Of a stretch of DNA of 64,000 nucleotides, positions 52,098 through 64,000 are shown in pieces. Source of the DNA: Phoronis australis (lineage: Eukaryota; Animalia; Phoronida); contig NMRA01001044.1 of assembly GCA_002633005.1 (NCBI GenBank), positions 767 to 64,766 on the forward strand. The letters run 5' to 3'. A program made the position numbers and the translations under genes. The notes below the pieces were generated by a model. The model was given only the letters and a program-made list of their open reading frames with translations. It did not search any database and was not told the origin of the DNA. Positions within the stretch are counted from its first letter, which is position 1. The number at the start of each line of letters is the position of its first letter.

Positions 52098-55000
52098 GAT
52101 GTGTCGCGTGACCAACTCAATACCAAATTGGTGTAAAACAAAAATCAAATTCAACAGGCTCACTGCTTTCAAAAAGTATATGCTGTGATGGGCTTGATAT
52201 GCAGTATAGTTTTCTAGATATTTTGCTCAATTACTTGTTGATAAGGTCTTCCATAACCTCAAATCGCAAACCCAGTTGGGAAACATTTTGCATTCCATTT
52301 CCAGGTTCATGCAATAGAAGGTTGATCAACCAGTCCTCCTAACTGGGGATGGCCAGTATTAACCAATGAGACAAATTTGGCTATCAAGTTTTTGTTCATT
52401 TCCACCCCTTGAGTTCCATGCAAGGCTAACATTACAGTACAGGGAAACTCCAATTATTCAGACAACCATTAGGTTGAATCCTAAGGGGAAACCAACAACA
52501 TTTGAATGATTTAAGGAATAGGTGAAAGTTCAACCTGTAGTTGACAACAATAATTTGACGAAAATGGAACCATCATTTTCTTACTGAATACCAAATGAAA
52601 ATTACCATTTCCATTATTGTTTGCTCATGTTTTCTGGTAGAACCCTGCATGTTTTGTTTTATGTGCTCAGTTACAAATGGTAAAACTATTGGTCTACAAA
52701 TTCGATCCATTCCAGCTTGAAGTTTGCTCCTTTAATTTATCTTGTAAGTGCCGAAGTTGAACAAACCATGTACTACTACACCTCTTATCTGACCCAGGGA
52801 CATGAAACTTAAACTGCACAGATCCTTAAAATAGCAGTCACTGTTTATAAATTTTAAGTCAGTACCAGTGAACAACTCTAGCAAACAACCACTTCATCAG
52901 GCAACTTCAAACTGCTACATGGTGAGTTGAAACCAGAGCATAAACAAAACCAGATGGATGAGGCTGATTCCACAGAGACATCACTCTTAGACATGCTTAT
53001 CAGGCAACCTATCTTGTAGTATAGTGGGGAACCTACACAGACATAAATTTGTGGCCATCAAGCTGGGGGATTATATTAGAGGTTAACAACTTTTATATTT
53101 ACTAGCTGGTGCCCATGCCAAGCACAGGACTACAGGGCAAGATGTCAGAGTGAGTAGAAAACGCCTGGGTGACAACACTGAATTTTTTGAGGTGGAAATA
53201 ATTAAATAGAAGCAATTACAAAAACAACTGGTCTTGGTAAAACTCATCACCATGAGTAGGACACGGAATGATAGTACGTAGAACTGCACAACAATGTGTT
53301 TCGAGTTCTCATTGGAATCACTTCAGGATTACGAACAGTGCACACTTTGTGACCAGATCAGCCAGGATGGTGCCAGAATATGGGTTTGGGAGACAGATTT
53401 TCAATGCTTTTGAAGGCGAACAAAAAATAGCTAAGCAAGTTTCATGGCAAAAGTTTAAGTAATTCCTGCATGCAGGGCCTAGATCTAGGGCCACACTAAG
53501 TTTTGATGTGATCGTCTGTTTGTCTCAGAGCCTTGGCAATTATAGAATTTTTCATATGGTAGTAATATGCTAGATACACCATAGGTGTGTTGATTTTGTG
53601 AGTGTATTTTGATTTATTCATTCATTATTACTGTTGTGAGTGGATTAAGTTAATCTTTGCATTGTGTATGGCCAGTATGTAGGATTTGTGACTATATGAA
53701 TTGCCTGGCCTTTTAGCTGCTTTTGAAATTCATGCTCAAAGCGTATTAAATCATGTTCATCAACATGCTACTAAACAGTCGGACAAAAATACAGATTCTT
53801 ATTTATTCATCAGAAAGAAATCGGAAATTCGGAAAACATAAAAATATTTACTTGCTTAATTTAACTGATTTTTTTGTAACTGGAACAGTTTACTAGCACT
53901 CCTGCTAAAGTCCTGGATTCAAAAAACATGGAAATTTCTAAAGTTTGTGTAAAAAATCGTACCAAGGACCACAAATTTTAGGCCTCTGTGAATGACTAAT
54001 GTTTTTGATAAACGCATGAAATTGGAAAATTATAAATTGACTTGTTTGCAAAATTGTTGAGGATCCATGACCCACTATAATTTCAAAGTTCTTGTCCTAT
54101 AATGATAAGGAAAAGTTTGAGGCCAATTTTATGAAAGATAAAGACCTAGTTTGATTTTTTTTATTCAGCAGTTGCAAAATATTATGAATGTCAATCTTTG
54201 TGGATACGTTTCTCAAACAAAAAAATCTTTATTGTATATAGGTCTTAAAGTTACATTGCTACCCTTGAAGTTAACTAATTCAACACATTGTTCATGTGCC
54301 TAACACGCGAGTTGTTTCAGACACCTTCAACCAAATGTGTTTATTGGTCACTTTCATATCATTTGATTTTTACTGCTTAGTAGTCTTGAAAATTATTTTT
54401 CCTTTTAGACAGTAGATTTGCGCAAAGACTTGCGAAACCTGTGATTGGTCTGTGGCAGAAAAAAGGAGTTTTCTGATTTTCATGATCTTACCCATTAAAA
54501 CAACAGAAACTTTAGAACTGAAAATATGGGAATTGTTTTAAAAAGGGATTATGATGGTTGGTATTTCTATTGCTTGAGAATAAATAAATGTCTGCTGTTA
54601 TTTACAAATTTATGTTCTCGAAGAATACAACTGTTTCCACAAAAAGAAAACGAAAATCATGTGTTTCAGAACAGTAGTTTTGGTGTTTTAGTTGTATGGA
54701 GTAAAATTGTTCACTGCTTGATATTTCAGAAAATATTCACTACTTGCACACTTTGGTGGCACTGCAAAATTATTACTTGTTGGGCATTGTTGTTCATGGC
54801 ACAATGACTCATTTTACCATCAATNTACTAGCACTCCTGCAAAAGTCCTGGATTCTAAAAACATGGAAATTTCTAAAGTTTGTGTAAAAAATCGTACCAA
54901 GGAACAAAAATTTTATGCCTCTGTGAATGACTAATGTTTTTGATAAACGCGTGAAATTGGAAAATTATAAATTGACTTGTTTGCAAAATTGTTGAGGTTT

Positions 55001-56265
55001 CATGACCCACTATAATTTCAAAGTTCTTGTCCTATAATGATAAGGAAAAGTTTGAGGCCAATTTTATGAAAGATAAAGACCTAGTTTGATTTTTTTTATT
55101 CAGCAGTTGCAAAATATTATAAATGTCAATCTTTGTGGATACGTTTCTCAAACAAAAAAATCTTTCTTGCATATAGGTCTTAAAGTTGCATTGCTACCCT
55201 TGAAGTTAACTAATTCAACACATTGTTCATGTGCCTAACACGCAAATTATTTCAGACACCTTCAACCAAATGTGTTTATTGGTCACTTTCATATCATTTG
55301 ATTTTTACTGCTTAGTAGTCTTGAAAATTATTTTTCCTTTTAGACAGTAGGAGATTTGCGCAAAGACTTGCGAAACCTGTGATTGGTCTGTGGCAGAAAA
55401 AAGGATTTTTCTGACTTTCATGATCTTACCCATTAAAACAACAGAAACTTTAGAACTGAAAATATGGGAATTGTTTTAAAAAAGGATTATGATGGTTGGT
55501 ATTTCTATTGCTTGAGAATAAATAAATGTCTGCTGTTATTTACAAATTTATGTTCTCGAAGAATACAACTATTTCCACAAAAACAAAACGAAAATCATGT
55601 GTTCCAGAACAGTAGTTTTGGTGTTTTAGTTGTATGGAGTAAAATTGTTCACTGCTTGATATTTCAGAAAATATTCACTACTTGCTACTTGTTGGGCATT
55701 GTTGTTCATGGCACAATGACTCATTTTACCACCAATTTTAACAATGCAAATTCGAGGGAGTGTGTATCCAAATATGCAGAACCATGTTAGTTTGGATGCA
55801 ACACCTTGTTTTCAAGCATGATGGCAAATTCGTACAAGTAAGTAATACAGGACTATTCCCTATGAACAAAGGCTAGTTAACACACTAACTTGAATCAGGA
55901 GTGGCCCAAGGGTTGTTTGTTATCAAAAGCAACTATCTTGAAGTTTGAGTTGACAAATGGCCATGCATTTTATGTTAACTCCAACTATCTGCAATTTATT
56001 TTTAGTACATCACAGGTTTGGAATGATTCACTTGAATGTGTTACTTTTTTAATGTTATTAGCTTAATGGATCAGAAGGAAAACTTGTCAAGTGCTGACAG
56101 TCTTCATCTCATTTCTGTTTCAGGAGTAACAGAAATATACGCTAAGATGCCATCAAGTACATTTTCCCTTTACAAAACTTTCCAACAGTCCATTTCTACT
56201 TTTGCGATGCATTGAGTAGTTAAGCTTAAAAAGTTGGGCTATAGCCGTGAGATTTTCAGTGTAAC

Positions 56266-56421
56266 CAGTGCTGTAGTGGTAAAATTAGAGGTACGTAGGT
56301 GCCCAAAGCCCACCGTATCACCTTGAGCACTGATGGTAACTTAGGGTGTGTAGGCTCTCCGTCCAAATGCCAAAAGGTGATTGGCTGCGCCTATGTGCGC
56401 CTATGCCCCACTACAGCACTG
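56266..56421. mobile_element. hAT-type MITE (156 bp)
   Basis: Perfect 14-bp TIR CAGTGCTGTAGTGG / CCACTACAGCACTG and perfect 8-bp TSD AGTGTAAC (56258-56265, 56422-56429). Confidence 0.9.
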
Positions 56422-57994
56422 AGTGTAACCTTATGATTAAATGTGTTTGAAAACTGATCAACTTGGCATTATTTTGTTATAAGCCCCATTCACATGTCTA
56501 ACTGAGAAATCTGTGTATTGATTGTGGCTTGCAATGCACTTGCGCGAAGTGAGGATTTCCCTTAGCATAATTGCTTCATTTGATGTTTGCCATGCCGGTG
56601 ATATACCCACTGAATTTGCCACATATGAGAATAGCCCTATTCCCAGCATTCTCATGCAAGTAAGTATATTGCTAATGGAGAGAATAGCGAGTTTTTGAGT
56701 ATTTATGCTGGTACTAAAACAAGATATATAGCATCCTTCTAATCTAAAAGCAACACCTAAGCTTCGATAAGAAGTAAAATGCATTTTAAAAATATTACAG
56801 TTATCTCATGTTTAATTTTTTATAATAATTTTCCAAAACCATAAAATAATACCCTTGTGGAGGTCACAGAGTGCAGAGAATATTCCCTGATCATGATCCA
56901 ACAATTTTATGAGCAGACTGAGGAAATATACATCATCCATCATTCAACTCTTACAAGTACTTCACTTAGTTGTGTCTGAGTGCAGAGAATATTCTTTGGC
57001 CATGATCAAGCCCTAGCTTTACCATTGTGAGATAATGAAAATGTCCATCATTCAACCTTTACATGTCTCACAGAAGGGACAAGGTGTATAGGAATGGTCC
57101 CTGGTCATGGTTTTTAACACAATTTGAGATACTTGGAGGCCAAAATTGGAATGAGNGTGGCTTGCAATGCACTTGCGCGAAGTGAGGATTTCCCTTAGCA
57201 TAATTGCTTCATTTGATGTTTGCCATGCCGGTGCTATACCCACTGAATTTGCCACATATGAGAAAAGCCCTATTCCCAGCATTCTCATGCAAGTAAGTAT
57301 AGTGCTAATGGAGAAAATAGCGAGTTTTTGAGTATTTATGCTGGTACTAAAACAAGATATAGCATCCTTTTAATCTAAAAGCAACACCTAAGCTTCGATA
57401 AGAAGCAACCTTTGCAAAGTAAAATGCATTTTAAAAATATTACAGGTATCTCATGTTTAATTTTTTATAATAATTTTCCAAAACCATAAAATAATACCCT
57501 TGTGGAGGTCACAGAGTGCAGAGAATATTCCCTGATCATGATCCAACAATTTTATGAGCAGACTGAGGAAATATACATCATCCATCATTCAACTCTTACA
57601 AGTACTTCACTTAGTTGTCTCTGAATGCAGAGAATATTCTTTGGCCATGATCAAGCCCTAGTTTTACAATTGTGAGATAATGAAAATGTCCATCATTCAA
57701 CCTTTACATGTCTCACAGAAGGGCCAAGGTGTATAGGAATGGTCCCTGGTCATGGTTTTTAACGATTTGAGATACTCGGTCTACTTCAAGTGGAGGCCAA
57801 AATTGGAATGAGCTTTTGACTACCTACATGTGCACAATGAGAGAATGTTCCCTCTCAAATCACAATATTGGGGAGCAAAATCACCCATTTTGCCTGATTT
57901 CTGCATCAAATTTCCATGATTTGATGTCAACCCCAAAGAGGTACTGGAATAGAAATTCCCTTTTCAAAATAGAATTAGTTACATATGAATTTTC

Positions 57995-59162
57995 AACAAC
58001 AGCAATGCAGAGTGTTGAAATGTGCCCACAAATTCACTGGAAACGGTGTGCTTCCAAGGTGTATATTTTTATTTTAAAAATGGCCACTGGATGGTGCAAA
58101 ATACTTTGAATCCATCAAAAAATGGGTAAATATCACTGTTTTTAACAGAAAGCTATTTACTAAATTTTATGAAAATCCCTCAAGGAACTTGAGAGAAACA
58201 GCAAAACCGAAAAAAATGAAGTTGCCACTAAGAAGCAAAGCATTCACCGGATCTGTCTCAAAGTTATCGTCTTCTATTGTTAACTTCATATGGATACACT
58301 TGCTATTTAATAAAGATCCTGCAGAGTGGTTTGATTGACGGAGGGACGTACGCCAAAAAACAGACTCAAAAATAACAAAAATGGCCGCTAAGTGGCACAA
58401 AAAATAGAATCCATCCAAGAACAGGAAGATAATGTCACCTCATGAATAGATGCCTATGTGCCAAATTTTACGGAAATCTGTTGAGGACCTTTGAAGATAC
58501 AGAGCTAAATATAAAAAAATAAAATTGCCACTAAGGGGCACACCGGTAGTCCCATCTGTCTGAAGGTCGTTGTCATCCATTGTCAACTTCATATAAATAC
58601 ATTCGCTACATTTAATAAAGATCCCATTTAACATTAAGGAGATAACCTATGGGCGCAAAAACAAACAAAACTGCCACTAGGACGCATCACAGTAGTTGAA
58701 GTCATCGGAAAATCGTCGTCAACCGTCCTCTTCACAGCAAGAACATACATGCCAATTTTCAGTCATCCTTAAAGTGGTTTGATTGATAAATGGGTGGCTG
58801 CCAAAAATTGGACTCGAAAAAATAAAAATGACCACTAGATGGCGCAGACTACATCCGAAAACAGGATGATAGTGTCATCTCATTGATAGATGCCTATGTG
58901 CCAAATTTCATGAAAATTGGTTGAGGACCTTGGAAGATACAGAGGCGAACGTAAAAAATTAAAATTGCCACTAGGGGGCGCAGCAGTATTCGGGTCAGTC
59001 CCAAACTTGTCGCCCTCTATCGTCAACCCCATAGGAACACACCTGCAAAATTTCAATGACAGCCTGCAAGGGTTTAGGAGATACAGCCACGGACGCCTGG
59101 ACGCTCAAACAGAGATGACGGCGGCAACATACACCCACATATAAATATGTGGGCGCATAAAA
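57995..59162 (-). mobile_element. Complete Helentron-associated (HINE-like) element with an internal ~150-bp satellite array
   Basis: One end is CCCACATATAAATATGTGGGCGCATAAAA (palindrome plus subTIR). The other is a stem-loop plus inverted subTIR ATGTGCCCAC. Tandem monomers each contain a (G/A)CC(A/G)CTRR core, and a GGAC-type microsatellite remnant lies near the palindrome end. Confidence 0.75.
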
Positions 59163-60430
59163 TCACAGAAAGCATTTTGGCATTAGATTACAACCTTCAA
59201 ACAAAGCAACTATAAAGTCGCTTTTCACCATTATGAAATTGGTCTCGGTCAAAATACGTGGAAAGAGTTGACAGTTCATAATTATTTGAGATCAGACTCT
59301 ATAAGACTTAGTTGACTTGTCATGGTGTGTCATTTTATTCGTTGAGCGTGACCTCAAAAGTAACATATTTTCAGTATTTTACATGACCAAAATCACTTGT
59401 TATCAGCATAAGGAGCAACGTAAGAACAATTTTAGAGTGATTAGAGGTGTGAATCAAAATTATTTTCTTTGACTGACACAATGCATTATTTCATGCCACA
59501 AATTACATATAGGTACATAAAACAACAATAGGTCAATTGAAATTTTCGGATATAATAACATCCTTTGTCAACAGAGACAGAAATAAAGTAAAACTTTTCA
59601 TTTCTGTCTCTGTTGACAAAGGAAGTTATTATTGTTTTATAATAATATCTGAATTCTACATTTTGTCGAACAATAGTATCATTGAGAGGATCTGGATCAC
59701 CTTATTTAGTTTCAGATTTATTTTCTACATCACAAATTCCACCAATGTTCCAAAAATACAGTGAAGATGACACCTTCCACAATCATACAAAAACAGAATG
59801 TAACCAACCATACCTCTTTGTCTCATTACTCTTGAAAGCTCAGAGAACCTCATGTCATAGCAAACACCAATTCCTACTTTGCAATAAGCTGAAATAAGAT
59901 TTAGTAAAATATTCAGTAGGCGACAAGGATTTTTTTAAATTTTTGAGGTTTCCATACAGTTAGAATAAATGTTTGATATCTTTTGAACTTAATCGACAGT
60001 CAGGTCACTTTGGCTATGATTCGGTTGAACATTTCTTAATTAAAAAACAAAACATTTGAAATGTAAATATAGCAAAGCTGCTCTCAATCAATACAAATAG
60101 CTGACTGAGTCATTAAATAAGATTTCATAACATAAAAAGTGAACTCTAAAGAAGTGACGCGCAGAATATCTTACGTGTGTCAAAGGTGATTACTTCATTG
60201 CCAGGACTGAGAGTATCTGATTCTTTAAAGACCATCCGTCCGGGAACGTTAATGTCAAACATGTGCATCTAAATGAACAAGACCAGTTCTTATCAAGTCA
60301 AGTTTTATAATTCATTTTAGTCGAATTTCAGTAATGATGACCAAATTCACTACCCTTCAAATATAAAGACAAATTGTATACACCCAGCTTCAATTCACAA
60401 GACATTCTCAATTTATCACAAAAACAATTT

Positions 60431-60558
60431 ATTAAACAATTTAGACAAAAGATGAATTCTTGTTACAACAATTATTAAACAATTTAGACTAAAGATGAAT
60501 TCTTGTTACAACAATTATTAAACAATTTAGACTAAAGATGAATTCTTGTTATAACAAT
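60431..60558. repeat. 43-bp tandem repeat x3
   Basis: ATTAAACAATTTAGAC(A/T)AAAGATGAATTCTTGTTA(C/T)AACAAT at 60431, 60474 and 60517. Confidence 0.93.
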
Positions 60559-61264
60559 GCCATATAAACCTTTCTGAACTTTGTAATTAATTCTCCCTGG
60601 TCATTAAACACGGCACATGTATTGTATAGCTTTCCATCTTCTTCCTCAGGAAATGTACCTGCAATTTCCAATAAGCAAATCAATTCAAGTGGCATTACTA
60701 TGTAACTACTATAAAATATCTATTGTGGTAAAGTTTCTTCCAATAATAACACTATATGGCAGAACATCTGGTAAAAAATCTTATCAAAATTTTCAACAAA
60801 TATAAACAAGAAAACAATTTCATTTCATTATTTGAAAACTTAACCTAGTGCAGTAGTCATCAACAAATACAAAATTTTGAAAACTTTTAGGAATACAATG
60901 AGTGCTGGAAAAATGAAAAATGACATTTTCAGACATTACTTTTGTTTGAATTTCAGGAAACTTTACTGTACTCCTTTCAACACATATTACATGTCATATG
61001 CTAAATATTTTTGATTTTGTTGAAAAAAGAATAATTATGTTCAGGATTCAAATCAAAAATGCTCCCAGCAAAAGTACGCCAAAATGTTACCAGTTTGGGA
61101 CATAACAATGCGTACAAGTAAAATGCATTGTGTATAAAAGACAAGAAACACCAAATTGCTTTTATCATTTTAAACTACAATACCATAGCTACCATATGAT
61201 GTTTTAAAAAACTGTGGGCATTCTCAACATTAGAAGCTAAATGAAAGGTTAATTTTGGCAGCAA

Positions 61265-62004
61265 TTAGATGTCTACATGCCAAATTTTATGAAAATTTGT
61301 TGAGTACCTTTGAAGACACAGAGGTAATGTAAAAAAATAAAATTGCTACCAGGGGGCACACCGGTAGTCAGATCTGTCTGAACGTCATCGTTGCTCATTG
61401 CTCATTGTCAACATCATACATTGTCAAATACACTTTTTAAATTTAGTAAAGATCCTGCAAATGGTTTAGGAGATAGAGCCATGGGCGGAAAAAAAACTGC
61501 CACTAGGAGACACCACAGTGGTCGAAGTCATCCGAAAATCATTGTTAGCCATCCTCGTGATAGCAAGAACATACATGCCAATTTTCACAATCATCCTTAG
61601 AGCGGTTTGGTTGATAGAGGGGTGGACGCCAAAAAAACAAAAAAGTAAAAATGGCCACTAAGTGGCGCAAACTACTCCAAATCCACCCAAAAAGGGGAGG
61701 ATAGCGTCATCTAACAAATACATGCCTATATGTCAATTTTTATGAAAACACGTTAAGAACTTTTGAAGATAAAGCGGTAAACGTAAAAAAATAAAATTGC
61801 CACTAGGGGGCACACTGGTAGTCGGATCCATCAGAAATTTTGCTCATGGCGTCCTATTCACGAAAGGAACATATACGCAAAATTTCATGACAATATGTCA
61901 AAGGGTTTTGGATATAGAGCAATGGATGCCGGACAGACGCTGGACGGACTGACAGACTGGACGACGGCATAATAACCACATATAAACATGTGGGCGCATA
62001 AAAA
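61265..62004 (-). mobile_element. HINE-like element, partial
   Basis: Four monomers, a GGAC/AGAC microsatellite at 61930-61965, and terminus CCACATATAAACATGTGGGCGCATAAAAA. Confidence 0.72.
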
Positions 62005-64000
62005 GAGCAAGATACGTCTATTGCCACAAGTCGTGGGTAGAGAGGGTTGTGGGTCATGGAGGTTGTGGGTCGAGAGGGTTGTAGGTCAAGGGGGTTGTGG
62101 GGTTTGTGGGTCGTAGGGTTTTAGAACAACCCAATGCCATGCAAAACCTAGTTCCTCACAAGTTTCATAGAGTGGTAAAAGGAAAAAATTCACCGTCTTA
62201 ACGCACGACCAAAAACCAGTAAGACAAGTATTGTAATTCACTTATTTAGCACACAGTTTGGCCGACAAGAGAAATTCTGTTTTGTCAAATTTCTCCATAA
62301 AAGTAGATTAAGAAAATTTTAGTTTATTACTGACATGGTTTGCATGATGTAGATGTCATGAAACAACATTTCTTAAGGTTGTCTTTGTTCCCAGAAAGGT
62401 TATCAGCCTTTAAAAAAGTAGAAAATGATAATTTCAGCAATTATTAAATTTGTACAAAATAAGTGGGGAATTTCCGTAACAAAGCATGCCGATGAAGAAC
62501 AAAAGGATCACCTACCACCAATAATGAAAACTTTATTTTCTTTGGCTGCAGAAGACAAAGCCTCAAAAGATGGGCCATGAAATGTTTCGGCATAATTCAC
62601 AAAATGCTCAGGCCCGAAGGGACACATGAACCATTCCTACAAAAATTGGTCCAGAAAAATTAACGCCATGATTGTGTGAACAAGCAGACTACTTTTACAA
62701 AGCACAAAGTTGTTATTTTGATGCCACGGAATATTCCAACCAAACTTGGACGGAGATGTTTCACGCAAGATTTGAAAAACTTAAATATGACCAAATCGTC
62801 ATAGTTTTCTTTTTGAGTACAGAGTTTATTTTCCCCAGGCTGCCAACAAANCCACCGTGACCCATGAATTTATATTTCAACTGCCGTTACCCCCTCCCAT
62901 AGTTTACAAAAACAGCCCTCTGTAGTGGGCTTTTTTACTCAAACAAAAAAAAACGGTTGGACCAAGACTTTTACATCAAAATTTACGAAAACAGCCAAGT
63001 AGATTACCAAACAAATATTAGAGATATTAGTTGAATGCTGAGTGCACTATGTGTTTGGTAATCTTGAGTCAAATTGATGTTTTAAAGTTTATCACATGAT
63101 CTTAACTAGCTTTAATATTCTGCAAAATGAGTCATCAGAGCAGCAGTTACAAACAAGAAATATGGTGTGTGGTTTATATTTTGGCAACAGGGGTCACTGC
63201 TGTTCCATTTTAAAATGCACATTGAAAAGAATGAAACGGGAGCAAATCATGAAATTACAGGTCTGAAACACCAGTTTGGAGTTACACCCAGCTATGACCC
63301 CTATACAATGTAATGAATTACAACTGGAGGTAATATCATTGGTGGTATAGCCAGCAGTGGATGAAAATGTGGATGATTTGCTAATGCTTGCACACTAGGT
63401 CTGTTAGGCGCCAATGTTGAAAAATCTGATGACGCTAAGACATGTGGGGTTGCCAACAGGACAGCCGAGCATCCAAATGGATCAGCCAAGTGGCAAGGGA
63501 CTTTGATCGGTTTATATGGCTGTAGAGTAGGTCACGGCTGGAAGTCACATGTCTCAACATAAGATGGTGAAGGAGAAATGACAACCAGCCATTTTTAACA
63601 CTGCGTTATAATATCATATTTCCTGGATGCCAGTTATTGATTTTGGGAACTGAACTAAAGACTGTTTGAAAAAAAGTTTTATAACAGGAGTGTTTGTTGT
63701 TAGAAGGAATAAATACATCAACGTTCTCCTAAGGCTAAGGCTTTGCCTTTTTAAGCCAGGCTAATGTGTCGCTCTACTCTATGCGCAAAAGGTACCTATG
63801 CTATACCAACGTGACTTTGATGTTTCAATTACTGTGCTCGGCGTAATTCATCGAAAAACTGATGGCGTAACAAGTGCCTTTAAAAACTTAATTGTCTAGA
63901 AGAGTGGTCGTGGCGGTGGTCACACTCTTAATTCTACTAAGCTATGTTAGTATTAAGTAAATAGTAAAGATGATTATGTGATAGCCGGGCACAGTCAACA

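Larger units (their letters stand above)
25622..57810. other. Near-identical direct duplications abutting single-N scaffold joins (likely uncollapsed haplotypes)
   Basis: 25622-25909/25911-26198; ~26348-27337/28550-29675; 29119-29218/29220-29318; 43133-44270/45250-46402; 53892-54824/54826-55736; 56524-57155/57157-57812. Each pair has an N at the start of the second copy. Confidence 0.85.
20830..63580 (+). pseudogene. Decayed multi-exon gene with Trp-periodic SFI1-like (centrin-binding type) repeats
   Basis: Many AG..GT-bounded or GC-richer islands on the + strand translate to A-x2-(H/F)-x3-L-x3-F-x2-W-like segments: 47316-47410 GVRRTAISSHWREFYTYSLRERHDLAIFCMTK; 52878-52921 LANNHFIRQLQTAT(W); 22890-22910 RKALYY(W); ~21485-21530 SVVKAYFQYWRQRT; ~39100-39163 WQQRMLSSY/WEYKTKFL; ~63485-63560 SQVARDFDRFIWL/GHGWKSHV. 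Most carry stops or frameshifts. Family assignment is by eye only. Confidence 0.4.

Noticed and set aside
62030-62125. GGGTTGT/GGGTCG repeats as telomeric sequence
   Set aside because: Irregular units, not TTAGGG or TTAGG. More likely a transposon subterminal simple repeat.

Overview
AT-rich, intron- and transposon-rich eukaryotic DNA from a bilaterian invertebrate, probably a lophotrochozoan (inferred from the repeat families). It is a draft scaffold with ten single-N joins, several of which sit between two near-identical copies that look like uncollapsed haplotypes. (1) A minus-strand EB1/MAPRE-family gene has four coding exons (13175-13295, 4585-4623, 2926-3032, 1908-2126). It is unusually diverged and has a 1-nt frameshift at 2033-2036. 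(2) A heavily decayed, multi-exon plus-strand gene with Trp-periodic SFI1-like repeats appears to run from about 20.8 kb to about 63.6 kb, head-to-head with EB1 (moderate to low confidence). (3) An intron-containing, four-exon internal fragment of PARN lies antisense inside that decayed gene, partly present twice across an N join. (4) Mobile elements include a Kolobok deletion derivative (TTAA TSD, ~150-bp TIRs, THAP plus convergent KolX/P2X7-ballast-like ORF) nested in a Tc2/pogo-like element, a decayed HERO-like RT/RLE retrotransposon, and several MITEs. (5) At least seven copies or fragments of a Helentron-associated (HINE-like) element carry an internal ~150-bp satellite whose monomers each hold a near-consensus or decayed CTCF motif, the most striking observation. 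A 56-bp hairpin-forming tandem array is also present. No rRNA, tRNA or CRISPR array was found.
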